Below, in pieces: positions 45,933 to 55,209 of a stretch of 64,000 nucleotides of DNA. The stretch is from the NCBI GenBank assembly GCA_963749655.1, contig CAVVOB010000030.1, positions 128,001 through 192,000 on the forward strand, in the 5' to 3' direction. Source of the DNA: Nitrospirota bacterium (lineage in GTDB: Bacteria > Nitrospirota > UBA9217). The stretch's first letter is position 1; every line of letters starts with the position of its first letter. Below the pieces are notes generated by a model that did no database searches, had not been told where the DNA came from, and saw nothing but the letters and a program-made list of their open reading frames with translations. The translations under genes and the position numbers were made by a program.

Positions 45933-48900
45933 ATGCATGATAATGTGATCGAACATTATTTAAACGACCTGTCGGAGGTCCGGGGCACTCATGCCAATGC
46001 TCCCGAGACTTCCTTTTATCCCGCCCTGGAACAACTCCTCACCTCAATTGGAAAAGGCCTGAACCCGAAAGTCAGATGCGTCATTAATCTCGCAAACCGG
46101 GGCGCGGGCTTGCCCGATGGCGGATTGTTTACCGCTGACCAGTTCGGACGGAAGGCGCGAACTGCCGAGGACAAGGACAATCCCTTTCTTGCTCAAAATC
46201 CGTCGCGCGGCGTGATAGAGGCAAAGCCGCCGAGCGCCGATGTCAACAAAATTGCTGGCTCGGAGCAAGTTGGACGCTACTGGAAACGGTACGGGATGGT
46301 GCTCGTTACGAACTTCCGGTCCTTCGCGCTCATTGGAAAAAGCGCAACAGGGCAGCCTGCCGTTCTGGAAGCCTTCTCCCTGGCGGATTCTGAAAAAGAG
46401 TTCTGGCAGCTGGCTGCCCAGCCGCGAAGGACGGCGACTGAACGGGGCGAGCGCATGCTGGAATATCTGCGGCGCGTGCTTCTCCACAACGCGCCCCTGA
46501 CCGAGCCGAAAGACGTGGCCACGATCCTTGCCTCCTATGCCCATGACGCGCGGCTGCGGATCGAACATGCCGAGCTGCCTGCCCTGGAGAACCTGCGCAA
46601 AGCGCTCGAAGATTCTCTCGGCTTGCATTTCGAAGGTGAAAAGGGCGAGCACTTCTTCCGATCTACCCTCGTGCAGACGCTCTTCTACGGCGTCTTCTCG
46701 GCCTGGGTCCTCTGGGCCCGAAAGAAGGACGCCGGACCTCCGAAGAAGACGACCTTTGCCGATAAAATTCACGAGACGCAGGCGCCCTACGCGGTTTCCG
46801 GTCCCTTTGACTGGAAGTCGGCCCACTGGCTTCTTCGCGTGCCGATGCTCCGTGCGTTGTTCGTGCAGGTGGCGGACCCCGCCCGCCTCGGTTCCCTCGG
46901 CCTCATCGAGGTCCTCGATTGGTCTGCTGCGGCTCTGAACCGCGTGGATCGCGCGGCCTTCTTCCGTTCCTTTGACGAAGGCCATGCAGTGCAATACTTC
47001 TATGAGCCCTTCCTGCACGCCTTTGATCCTGAACTGCGCAAGGAACTCGGCGTCTGGTACACTCCCGAGGAAATCGTCAAGTACCAGGTCGAGCGCGTAG
47101 ACGCCGTTCTCCGGTCGGAGCTTAAACTGGCCGACGGTCTCGCTGATCCGGACGTCGTTGTTCTCGATCCATGCTGCGGCACCGGCGCATACCTCCGTGC
47201 TGTTCTTCGCCGCATTGCTGTCACGCTGCATGAAAAGGGCGGTGATGCCCTTGTTGCGAACGACCTCAAAAAGGCGGCAATGGAACGGGTCTTCGGCTTC
47301 GAGATCCTTCCGGCCCCTTTCGTAATCGCCCATCTTCAACTCGGCCTGGAACTTGAAACCCTTGGCGCGCCGTTGAGCGACGTCGGCGATCCTCCCGAGC
47401 GCGCAGGGGTCTTTCTTACCAACGCCCTCACCGGTTGGGAACCGCCCAAGGAAAAGCCGAAACAGATAGCCTTCCCCGGTTTCGATGCCGAGCGCGATGC
47501 TGCGGGCAAAGTGAAGCAGGAGAAAACGATCCTCGTTATAATCGGCAATCCGCCTTATAACGCATTCTCCGGTGTCAGTCCGGAGGAAGAGAACGGTCTT
47601 GTCGAGCTTTACAAAAAAGGGTTGACCTCCGAATGGGGTATTAAGAAATACAATCTTGACGATCTCTACATCCGTTTTTTCCGCCTTGCCGAAAAGCGCA
47701 TCGCCGAGTTCAGTGGCCGAGGAGTAGTTTCATTTATTTCGAATTTTTCGTACCTTGGCGACTCTTCGTTCGTCGTCGCGCGTCGCAGGTTCCTCGATGA
47801 ATTCGATACGCTCTGGCTTGACTGCATGAACGGTGATAGCCGTGAAACGGGCAAACAGACGCCCGAAGGCAAGCCTGACCCATCGGTATTTTCGACGGAA
47901 TGGAACCGCGAAGGCATCCGCGTTGGCACTGCCATTAGTTTACTCGTGAAACGAGGCCGCGCCCATGAAGCGGACGCATTGGTTCGTTTTCGCAACTTTT
48001 GGGGGGTAGCGAAACGCGCCGATCTCGTCGCCAGTCTTGATGCAGGGGATTTCAATTCGCAATACGAGACGTCCAATCCGCAGAAAGATAACCGCTGGTC
48101 CTTCCGACCCTCGGACATAACGTCCGCATATCTAGCATGGCCGAGGTTGACCGATCTTTGCGCGGTAGCCCCGAGTAATGGATTAATGGAAAAGCGCGGC
48201 GGCGCGCTCATGGACGATGACCGTCATGCGCTCGAAGTACGCATGAAGCGCTACTTCGACAAGAGCATCTCTTTCGACGAACTGAAGAGTGAGGGGCATC
48301 CGCTAACGCACGATGCCGCACGGTATGACGCAAGGAGTGCTCGCGCTAAGATTGTTGAGATTGAGGGATTCAATACCGGACGACTATGGCGATATGCTCT
48401 GCGCCCCTATGATAGAACGTGGTGCTATTTCACACCAGTTCGTCCGATTTGGAATGAGCCTCGTCCAGCGCTCTGGCCGCAGTGTTGGGCGGGTAACGGA
48501 TTTTTGCTGTCGCGTTTCAACCGCTCCAAGGATTCTGAGGGGGTGCCGTTCTATTTCGTCGGGGGACTTAGCGACGATCATCTGCTCGCGCCCGACGCGG
48601 CGGCTTTCGCATTTCGGCTTAAAGATAGGTCCACGCAGCAGGTTGGTATTGATGGGCATGAAAAGCTGGCCCTCCCTGGGATGGAACATGACCCAGAAAA
48701 AATCACTGCAAACTTGTCTCCCTCTGCCCGCGCTTATCTCACGTCACTCGGCTTGCCTGACCCAGACGCAGGCCAAGCAACCGCAGAGCTGGTCTGGTAT
48801 CACTCGCTTGCTATAGGCTATTCAGTCGTCTATCTTGCCGAGAATGTAGACGGTATAGGGCAGGACTGGCCGCGAATTCCGCTTCCGAAGGCGAAGGACT

Positions 48901-49415
48901 CATTGCTCGCCTCGGCAACTTTAGGGCAGCAAATTGCGGCTTTGTTAGACACGGAGGCACCGGTTCCCGGCGTTACAACCGGGAAGATTCGAGATGAGTT
49001 GAAAAGCATCGCGGTCTTTCAGCGCGTGGACGGCAAACCCGCAAACCCTGACACTGCCGATTTGGATTTGACCGCGGGGTGGGGTCACGGCGGGAAGGGC
49101 GGCGTTACCATGCCCGGCAAAGGGAAAGTTATTAGTCGGAGCGACGGGGCATACGATATCTACCTCAACGACGACGCATGCTGGCGCAACGTGCCCGAGG
49201 CGGTGTGGGACTACACCATCGGCGGTTATCAGGTCATCAAGAAGTGGCTGTCGTACCGCGAAAAGCCGCTTCTTGGCCGTGGCCTGACCTCTGAGGAAGT
49301 TCGCTACGTGACGGAGATGGCGCGGCGGATAACGGCGTTGATTGCTTTGCAGACATCCTTGGACGACAACTACCGGAATGTGATCAAGGCGACTTATTCT
49401 TGGAAAAACCAGTAG
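45933..49415 (+). CDS. Single-chain restriction-modification enzyme (type IIG/ISP-like: nuclease + N6-adenine MTase + TRD, no helicase)
   Basis: PDG...IEAK; YEPFL..FD, GVWYTP, LDPCCGTG, GNPPY; YTIGGYQVIKKWLSYR C-terminus. Confidence 0.88.
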   Translation: MHDNVIEHYLNDLSEVRGTHANAPETSFYPALEQLLTSIGKGLNPKVRCVINLANRGAGLPDGGLFTADQFGRKARTAEDKDNPFLAQNPSRGVIEAKPPSADVNKIAGSEQVGRYWKRYGMVLVTNFRSFALIGKSATGQPAVLEAFSLADSEKEFWQLAAQPRRTATERGERMLEYLRRVLLHNAPLTEPKDVATILASYAHDARLRIEHAELPALENLRKALEDSLGLHFEGEKGEHFFRSTLVQTLFYGVFSAWVLWARKKDAGPPKKTTFADKIHETQAPYAVSGPFDWKSAHWLLRVPMLRALFVQVADPARLGSLGLIEVLDWSAAALNRVDRAAFFRSFDEGHAVQYFYEPFLHAFDPELRKELGVWYTPEEIVKYQVERVDAVLRSELKLADGLADPDVVVLDPCCGTGAYLRAVLRRIAVTLHEKGGDALVANDLKKAAMERVFGFEILPAPFVIAHLQLGLELETLGAPLSDVGDPPERAGVFLTNALTGWEPPKEKPKQIAFPGFDAERDAAGKVKQEKTILVIIGNPPYNAFSGVSPEEENGLVELYKKGLTSEWGIKKYNLDDLYIRFFRLAEKRIAEFSGRGVVSFISNFSYLGDSSFVVARRRFLDEFDTLWLDCMNGDSRETGKQTPEGKPDPSVFSTEWNREGIRVGTAISLLVKRGRAHEADALVRFRNFWGVAKRADLVASLDAGDFNSQYETSNPQKDNRWSFRPSDITSAYLAWPRLTDLCAVAPSNGLMEKRGGALMDDDRHALEVRMKRYFDKSISFDELKSEGHPLTHDAARYDARSARAKIVEIEGFNTGRLWRYALRPYDRTWCYFTPVRPIWNEPRPALWPQCWAGNGFLLSRFNRSKDSEGVPFYFVGGLSDDHLLAPDAAAFAFRLKDRSTQQVGIDGHEKLALPGMEHDPEKITANLSPSARAYLTSLGLPDPDAGQATAELVWYHSLAIGYSVVYLAENVDGIGQDWPRIPLPKAKDSLLASATLGQQIAALLDTEAPVPGVTTGKIRDELKSIAVFQRVDGKPANPDTADLDLTAGWGHGGKGGVTMPGKGKVISRSDGAYDIYLNDDACWRNVPEAVWDYTIGGYQVIKKWLSYREKPLLGRGLTSEEVRYVTEMARRITALIALQTSLDDNYRNVIKATYSWKNQ

Positions 49416-49417
49416 GA
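49368..49417 (+). repeat. Direct repeat 1 (RM gene 3' end)
   Basis: 43/50 identical to 56028-56077. Confidence 0.88.
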
Positions 49418-49501
49418 GTGGAAATCTTGCATATTGATTAGTAAGCAGGCTCCATTTTACTTCATCGGCGAAGCCTATGCGTCACGTGGCCACACAAAAA
49501 G

Positions 49502-50434
49502 ATGAACAATCTTATCGATAATGCTCTTACTGCTGAAAGAGAATCAAAGCGTATTGACTTTAAATCCAAAGTCGATTTATCAGAGCCGGGCGTGTGGTGT
49601 GAGTTTATCAAAGATATTGTAGCAATGGCAAATAGTGGAGGCGGGTCTCTTGTCATCGGTTGCGATAACAAGGGGAATCCTATAGGTTCGGATATATCCA
49701 GCGTTTTATCACTCGATCCAGCCTCGATTACGGACCAGGTGTATAAATACACAGGTGTGCAATTTAGCAAAGTTGAGATTGTCGAAAAAATAAAGCAGCG
49801 CCACCGTGTGGCAATTATTCTTATCCAACCCGTTAATGTGCCAATCGTTTTTACAAAGCCGGGCACATACCGCATCGATGACAAAAATCAGAAGACGGCT
49901 TTTGCAGCTGGTACTGTGTACTTTCGCCACGGGGCAAAAAGTGAGCCGGGCAATACAGAAGACTTACGAGGTGTGCTTGAGAAGCAAATTGAGGACGTTC
50001 GAAAATCATGGCTGAAAGGCCTACGCAAAGTTGTTTCCGCACCTCCCGGCAGCAATGTCTACACTTTCCCTCCTTCTGTTGAGGTTAAAGAAACATTATC
50101 TCCGGATGCTAAGGCGATCAGAATTGTAGATGATCCCGATGTGCCTGCCTATAGAAAGATAAGTCCTGACATATCACATCCAAAACGACAAAAGGACGTA
50201 ATCGAGCAGGTAAATAAAGCGTTGCCTGAGTCAGATAAAATTAATCTATACGACATTCAATGCATAAAAAGACTTTATAACATTGAATCGAACTATGCCT
50301 ATTGCCACAGGAGTAAGTTTGCAGGTTTTCCACAATATTCAGAGTTATTTATCAAGTGGATAATTTCAGAGTACAATAAAGATAAACATTTTTTTCGCAG
50401 TAGTCGGGAGAAGGCCCTGCAAATTAACAAATAG
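49502..50434 (+). CDS. Schlafen/AlbA_2 domain protein with C-terminal DUF3644-like region
   Basis: ESKRIDFK, IKDIVAMANSGGGSLVIG, YFRHGAKS; AT-rich. Confidence 0.8.
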   Translation: MNNLIDNALTAERESKRIDFKSKVDLSEPGVWCEFIKDIVAMANSGGGSLVIGCDNKGNPIGSDISSVLSLDPASITDQVYKYTGVQFSKVEIVEKIKQRHRVAIILIQPVNVPIVFTKPGTYRIDDKNQKTAFAAGTVYFRHGAKSEPGNTEDLRGVLEKQIEDVRKSWLKGLRKVVSAPPGSNVYTFPPSVEVKETLSPDAKAIRIVDDPDVPAYRKISPDISHPKRQKDVIEQVNKALPESDKINLYDIQCIKRLYNIESNYAYCHRSKFAGFPQYSELFIKWIISEYNKDKHFFRSSREKALQINK

Positions 50435-50567
50435 AATCATGTTTTTGGAAAGTACGGCCACGGAATAGAGGGCAGTTCGACTTTCCCACCGCGCGGTTGT
50501 GCCAAGAGGAATAGTGTCAGAACTTCAAATCTGCAACTTTTGCGAATTGTTTGGATTTAATTCGAGA

Positions 50568-51419
50568 ATGAATCCTGTAGGAAGGCTACAATTAAAGATT
50601 GATTCCAATATTTATCCGCAAGGGTTTGAATTTATAGTTGGCAATCGATACGGCAACATAGAAATCGCAAAGCATATTGACGATTTAGCCCTCGTTTATT
50701 ACAATGACGCGGGCACTTTGGTTCTTCACATGTTTGTGCCTAAGGGAACCGCAAAGAAGACCCTTGTAAATTGTATTCCAGAAAAAAATCTCTACAGGTA
50801 CAGCAAGTTTGAATACTTGACTGATGCCCGCAACAATGGCCATTTCTTCATTTTCCCGGCGCTTGAATACATTAAGAAGGAATATGACGCTGCTAGAAGA
50901 GACAATGAATTGGTGCATGAAAAGAAGGTGGCGCCAGAGACTGTAACCATAACAACGAAAAACGGGATTCCAATTATCCCAAAGGGCGATGTCACCTTCT
51001 CGGACATTTTTCTCGCTATAGATTCATATATACTGTGCTTTGCATACGACTATGATGAAGGACTCTATGAAGAATTCAAAGATTCCGATGCTTGTCTTGT
51101 GATTCATGATGTGAAAGAATTTACTGCTAGGGTTCATACTGCCTTCACAAAGGCGATGCCATCGCATGTTGGTGCGGACGGAAGAGTGACATATGGCAAG
51201 CATCGAAGTAATCTTGGGGTTCTTTTCTCAAAACCCAAAAGTCATATTTATCAGCGAGAGTATCGGTTTTCCTGGATACCAATGGCTCCTGCGCGTCTAC
51301 TTGATCCAATGGCCCTTATTGACAAAAATCTAGGTGAAATACGAGCCATTATCCCACCGCCTGTTGAGATCTATGCGGGCTCACTCACCGATATTACGAG
51401 TCTTATAATCCGTAGGTAA
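50568..51419 (+). CDS. Hypothetical protein, DUF2971-like motifs
   Basis: LYRY, YILCFA, VTYG, FSKPKSHIYQREYRF; AT-rich. Confidence 0.55.
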   Translation: MNPVGRLQLKIDSNIYPQGFEFIVGNRYGNIEIAKHIDDLALVYYNDAGTLVLHMFVPKGTAKKTLVNCIPEKNLYRYSKFEYLTDARNNGHFFIFPALEYIKKEYDAARRDNELVHEKKVAPETVTITTKNGIPIIPKGDVTFSDIFLAIDSYILCFAYDYDEGLYEEFKDSDACLVIHDVKEFTARVHTAFTKAMPSHVGADGRVTYGKHRSNLGVLFSKPKSHIYQREYRFSWIPMAPARLLDPMALIDKNLGEIRAIIPPPVEIYAGSLTDITSLIIRR

Positions 51420-51481
51420 AGTGTGCGTAGCTGAACCCACAACCTGGATAATCTTGTGTGGCTTCGCAAATTTATTATTGG

Positions 51482-51541
51482 TGGCCACTAATCGTGGCCA
51501 ATGAATTATAAATTGACTTTTACCATTCAATATGGTTTAGT
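51482..51541 (+). promoter_or_regulatory. Operator-like inverted repeat and candidate promoter
   Basis: TGGCCAC-TAATC-GTGGCCA at 51482-51500; TTGACT at 51513-51518; weak -10. Confidence 0.4.
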
Positions 51542-51551
51542 AATCATGGGC

Positions 51552-51687
51552 TTCGCGGAGTCCTGACCGCTCGCAGGCGTTTATAGCCAAGGTAAAGCAC
51601 AAAGCAACCGCACCTCATATCGAAAACTCCATCAGCTACACTTCCTATTTAATGGGGCTGTTCGAGTCGTCAACGCGAGCACGCGAA
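51552..51687 (+). ncRNA. Candidate structured ncRNA / leader, family unknown
   Basis: Long-range pairing TTCGCG/CGCGAA and GCTCGC/GCGAGC enclosing three internal stems. Confidence 0.55.
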
Positions 51688-51723
51688 AATACGGACAGCA
51701 AAATTACAATAGGAGGGATAGCC

Positions 51724-52683
51724 ATGTCCAAACAAGCACCTGAAAGCCAACTCGTAGCTGAAGCTAAAGAAAAAGCAAAACATCTTCATTCAATTTTAAA
51801 AAGTCGTATACCTGACATCAAACTCGGAGAATGTCTCAATTTTTATGCGAGACTGAATGGTGCGAAGGACTGGAATATATTGAGCGCCAAATTGAGGCGG
51901 GAAAACCTTTTGCGAAACAACCGATTTGGAAATCCGGAAAAGATTTCATCAAACATCGTTAAACTAGAACTTATGGGAGGAGATCGGGAAAACAGTATTA
52001 ATTTAAGTGATCTGGAGCATATCCACTTAGAAATAAAAAATATGAACGTTCACGTCGTCCCGTCAGGCTCGAATTACGTTTCCGAATATCAAGTAGATAT
52101 TTGTATGCGTTATGACGAAGGGGAAAAGGTGAGAATAGGATATGCAACTGCCTTCATTGTAAGGCTTGGGCACGCGATAGATGCTGGGGAAAATATCGTT
52201 GAAGTTCTAGATGCTCATAGTTCCACTCTCGAGAGCCTATATTCGGTATTTATAGACGATGAGGGCATTATGCATGATCTTAATGAGGGCATAGGGCAAG
52301 ATGTAATGCTTCTTCATGAGTTGTATCTGGAAAAAGGGATGAGAGGATATGGACTTGGTAAAATGATAACAGTAGGAATCATTAATGAGCTCATGCAAGG
52401 TGGTATTGTTGTATTAGAACCGTCTCCGTTTGTTGAAGATGCTAATGGGGGAAAAATGACTGAGACAGAAATAGAAGTTGGCGAGAAAAAGCTTAGATCT
52501 TATTTTATGACATTAGGTTTTGACGAACTAGAAGAAGGATCTGATCACTTGTTTTTTTCTATGGCTTCGGTTCTGCCTAAATCGGATAGTCTGTTTAAGG
52601 AGGTCGAAATGAATATTAAGAATAAACTAAAATCGAATACAACTTTGGTTGATTTCCCTCTTATGCCTGAAGATATATCGTAG
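51724..52683 (+). CDS. Glyoxalase_8-like helical N-domain fused to GNAT-like acetyltransferase
   Basis: AGGAGG RBS; AKEKAKHL...LNFYARLNGAKDWNILSA; LHELYLEKGMRGYGLG; LRSYFMTLGF. Confidence 0.7.
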   Translation: MSKQAPESQLVAEAKEKAKHLHSILKSRIPDIKLGECLNFYARLNGAKDWNILSAKLRRENLLRNNRFGNPEKISSNIVKLELMGGDRENSINLSDLEHIHLEIKNMNVHVVPSGSNYVSEYQVDICMRYDEGEKVRIGYATAFIVRLGHAIDAGENIVEVLDAHSSTLESLYSVFIDDEGIMHDLNEGIGQDVMLLHELYLEKGMRGYGLGKMITVGIINELMQGGIVVLEPSPFVEDANGGKMTETEIEVGEKKLRSYFMTLGFDELEEGSDHLFFSMASVLPKSDSLFKEVEMNIKNKLKSNTTLVDFPLMPEDIS

Positions 52684-52767
52684 TGGCTGGAAGCAACAGG
52701 GCAGATATATGTGGTGCTTAAAGATGAAGAAGGCTGGAGAGAAATAACAAAGGAAGGGAACCCCTAG

Positions 52768-53649
52768 ATGGAAGCAAAAGACAAATTGGAGCTTGCGGAA
52801 AAAATACTTGGAATCGCCACAAAATTGTGTGTTTTTGTCGGATCCATCGTTTTACTTTCATACTGTTGGTCGATAAAATATTTTCCCAAAGACATAAGCG
52901 TAGGGGATGGCCTGCTATTCATTTTTGTCGCTGTCGGATTCGGAGCGGTTTATTTAATTTTCGCCATAAGCATTACCAGCTTTGGAATATTACTTCGCCC
53001 CGTATGGCATCTTTTCCAGAAAATTGGCATCTGGATCGGCCGAATATTTTGCAAGGTTCAGAGAAAGACGTTCACGTACTCTCCATTTGAAATGAGGCCA
53101 GGGGGTATTGAATATTTTGCACTCGCCTTATTTGGCTTATTAATTGTTATCGATCTTTCTATAAAAAACGTATACTCACTTCCACCCCTTCTTTTGGCAT
53201 CATTTGGATGCGCATTGCTTTGGAACAGCAGTCAGAGTAACGATAGGATAATAGATGAGCTTTCTCGCATCTCGTCTCCGTCAGAGGAAGAAAAAAATAA
53301 ACTTCAAAAACTACGAAAGACACAGCCGTATCTTCCTATCTTTGTTGTGGCTATTGCATTAATGGTTGGCGGAGTGTACGGAGATTTAGCGGTGAGGGCG
53401 ATGAAGGTATTGCACATTCGAAAAGATGTTGCGACAGTGCACATAAAAAAACCATATTCAACTTTGGCCAGTGAAAGTGGCGCAAATGGACTGAATAGCA
53501 ATTTTGGTGAAGAGTATCTGCGGTATCCAGATTCCGCGGTCCTTCTCGATGGCTTTGGGTCAAAAGTGGTGGTATCCTTGAAAATGAGTAATGGGAAGAC
53601 TGCGCAAATTTCCATACCATCGGATCATATAATGATCATTGATCGCTAA
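52768..53649 (+). CDS. Multi-pass membrane protein, unknown function
   Basis: 293-aa AT-rich ORF with about 5 hydrophobic segments and a soluble C-terminal domain. Confidence 0.75.
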   Translation: MEAKDKLELAEKILGIATKLCVFVGSIVLLSYCWSIKYFPKDISVGDGLLFIFVAVGFGAVYLIFAISITSFGILLRPVWHLFQKIGIWIGRIFCKVQRKTFTYSPFEMRPGGIEYFALALFGLLIVIDLSIKNVYSLPPLLLASFGCALLWNSSQSNDRIIDELSRISSPSEEEKNKLQKLRKTQPYLPIFVVAIALMVGGVYGDLAVRAMKVLHIRKDVATVHIKKPYSTLASESGANGLNSNFGEEYLRYPDSAVLLDGFGSKVVVSLKMSNGKTAQISIPSDHIMIIDR

Positions 53650-53660
53650 TCGGGTAGTTC

Positions 53661-53685
53661 ATAGGTCGAGTAGGGAAACCCGACA
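53661..53685 (+). repeat. Degenerate GTAG-type REP
   Basis: ATAGGTCGAGTAGGGAAACCCGACA. Confidence 0.5.
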
Positions 53686-53748
53686 CAACTTAACAGGCTT
53701 AAGGCTTTCGCTGACGAAAACAAAGATCAAAGACGAACAGAGGTCATT

Positions 53749-53905
53749 ATGAGAATAAAGCTCACCAAAGCGCAACAGATCCGGGTGCTCAACTCAGTCG
53801 ACGTTTACGAGGTCATGCAACGCATTCTGCTTCGCGAGAACAAAATCGATCTCAGCAAGGAACACTTCTGGGTCGTCTGCCTGTCGCAGGCCAACAAGAT
53901 AGTCG
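53749..53905 (+). pseudogene. Truncated RadC/JAB-domain gene
   Basis: NSVDVYEVMQRILLRENKID..KEHFWVVCL...NKI, then resemblance stops before the HNHP motif. Confidence 0.7.
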
Positions 53906-53937
53906 GTAGATCGGGTAGAGCAACGCGAAACCCGGCA
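53906..53937 (+). repeat. GTAG-type REP at the radC breakpoint
   Basis: GTAGATCGGGTAGAGCAACGCGAAACCCGGCA (TCGGGT/ACCCGG stem). Confidence 0.65.
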
Positions 53938-54067
53938 TGTTTCTGTATGTTATAATCGAGCGGCATTATGAGCCTCTTTACAGGGGCTTTTGGATATGGT
54001 ATGTTTTCACAGCACGCAGCACGGCGGTTGCAGTTGCAATGTCCGCTCAGAAGTCTCAGGAGGGAAA

Positions 54068-54253
54068 ATGGGAACTGCTGTAAAAAAAATAGATCCCGAG
54101 GATTTCATTCTTTCGGCGCTACCGGCAAACGAACGGCTTGAGGCGGCCATGAAGATCGCAGGGGAGGTGTTCAAGAAAACAGCTCTCACGCTTCGCGACG
54201 TTGAAGCAGCGGTAAAAACCGTCCGGAGGAAGGCGTACGCGAAGAAAAAGTAA
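54068..54253 (+). CDS. Putative antitoxin
   Basis: GGAGG RBS, 61 aa, overlaps the PIN gene start. Confidence 0.65.
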   Translation: MGTAVKKIDPEDFILSALPANERLEAAMKIAGEVFKKTALTLRDVEAAVKTVRRKAYAKKK

Positions 54254-54656
54254 GGTCGTAATCGATACCGGCGTTCTTGTTTCGGCCTTTGCATTCGGCG
54301 GCGTTCCGGCGCGGGCGGTAAGAAAAGCTTTCGCGGAAGCGCTCCTGTATGTTTCCCCGGAACTCCTGCGCGAATACCGGGATGTCCCGCATGAGCTCTT
54401 TACCGCCGGCAAAATCAATGCCGGGCAGTTCGAAATCCTCATCGCTGGAATCGCCACAGTCGTCTCCGCCGCAACAGTCGTAATACCCCGCAAAAAACTT
54501 AAAATCAGCAGGGACCCGGAAGACAATATGGTCCTTGAGTGCTGCCTGGCCGCGCGCGCCGATTGCGTCATAAGCGGCGATAAGGATTTGCTCACTATTG
54601 CGGCGCTTCCCTTTCCGCTCGCGATCATGACCCCGGCTGATTTTCTTGCAAACTGA
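54237..54656 (+). CDS. PIN-domain toxin (PIN_3-type) with ACG in the start position; absent from ORF track
   Basis: KVVIDTGVLVSA...SRDPEDNMVLECCLAARADCVISGDKDLL..IMTPADF; GGAGG 7 nt before ACG. Confidence 0.8.
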   Translation, partial: TRRKSKVVIDTGVLVSAFAFGGVPARAVRKAFAEALLYVSPELLREYRDVPHELFTAGKINAGQFEILIAGIATVVSAATVVIPRKKLKISRDPEDNMVLECCLAARADCVISGDKDLLTIAALPFPLAIMTPADFLAN

Positions 54657-54839
54657 CAACAACATCCTATGTAGTGTCGGCCGCACAACTTCTGGGGCCA
54701 GGTCCATCTCAGCGCTGTTCGGAGACGAAAACGGATCTTTAGCGTCGCGTCTTTCTCCGTGCCTAAACAAAGGTAGCTACGGAAATCCACCTGTGGTATT
54801 TTAAACATGCAAAAGTGATTGAGCAGGTATAAATAAGGA

Positions 54840-55187
54840 ATGAAGAAAAGAATTCGAAAGAAGAATCATCTTGGCGAGTTCACTGAATGGGGACGGCAAC
54901 TTGTGATTACTCGAAATCGCAAGGACGGTTTCGACGAATTTCTTGACGCTTTCATTGATAGTATCGAAGCGAACGGCTGCTATTGCGGCGGAGCGGGCAA
55001 GGAAGACACTTTCGACGTGATCGTCGAGCTTGGTCTCTTGTCCGATGATCGCGATGGGAGAATGAAAAGCATCATCGCATGGCTGGAGGGCCGTTCTGAT
55101 GTGCAATCGTGGAAAGTTGGCGACGAGTTCGACCTTTGGCACGGAAACTTCGAAGAAACGGAGACGAGGCCTGAACCGATAAAATAG
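54840..55187 (+). CDS. YggL/DUF469 family protein
   Basis: RIRKKNHLGEFTEWG, FLDAFID.IEANG..CGG, FDLWH. Confidence 0.8.
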   Translation: MKKRIRKKNHLGEFTEWGRQLVITRNRKDGFDEFLDAFIDSIEANGCYCGGAGKEDTFDVIVELGLLSDDRDGRMKSIIAWLEGRSDVQSWKVGDEFDLWHGNFEETETRPEPIK

Positions 55188-55209
55188 CAGGATTGATGTG
55201 TGCGATAAC

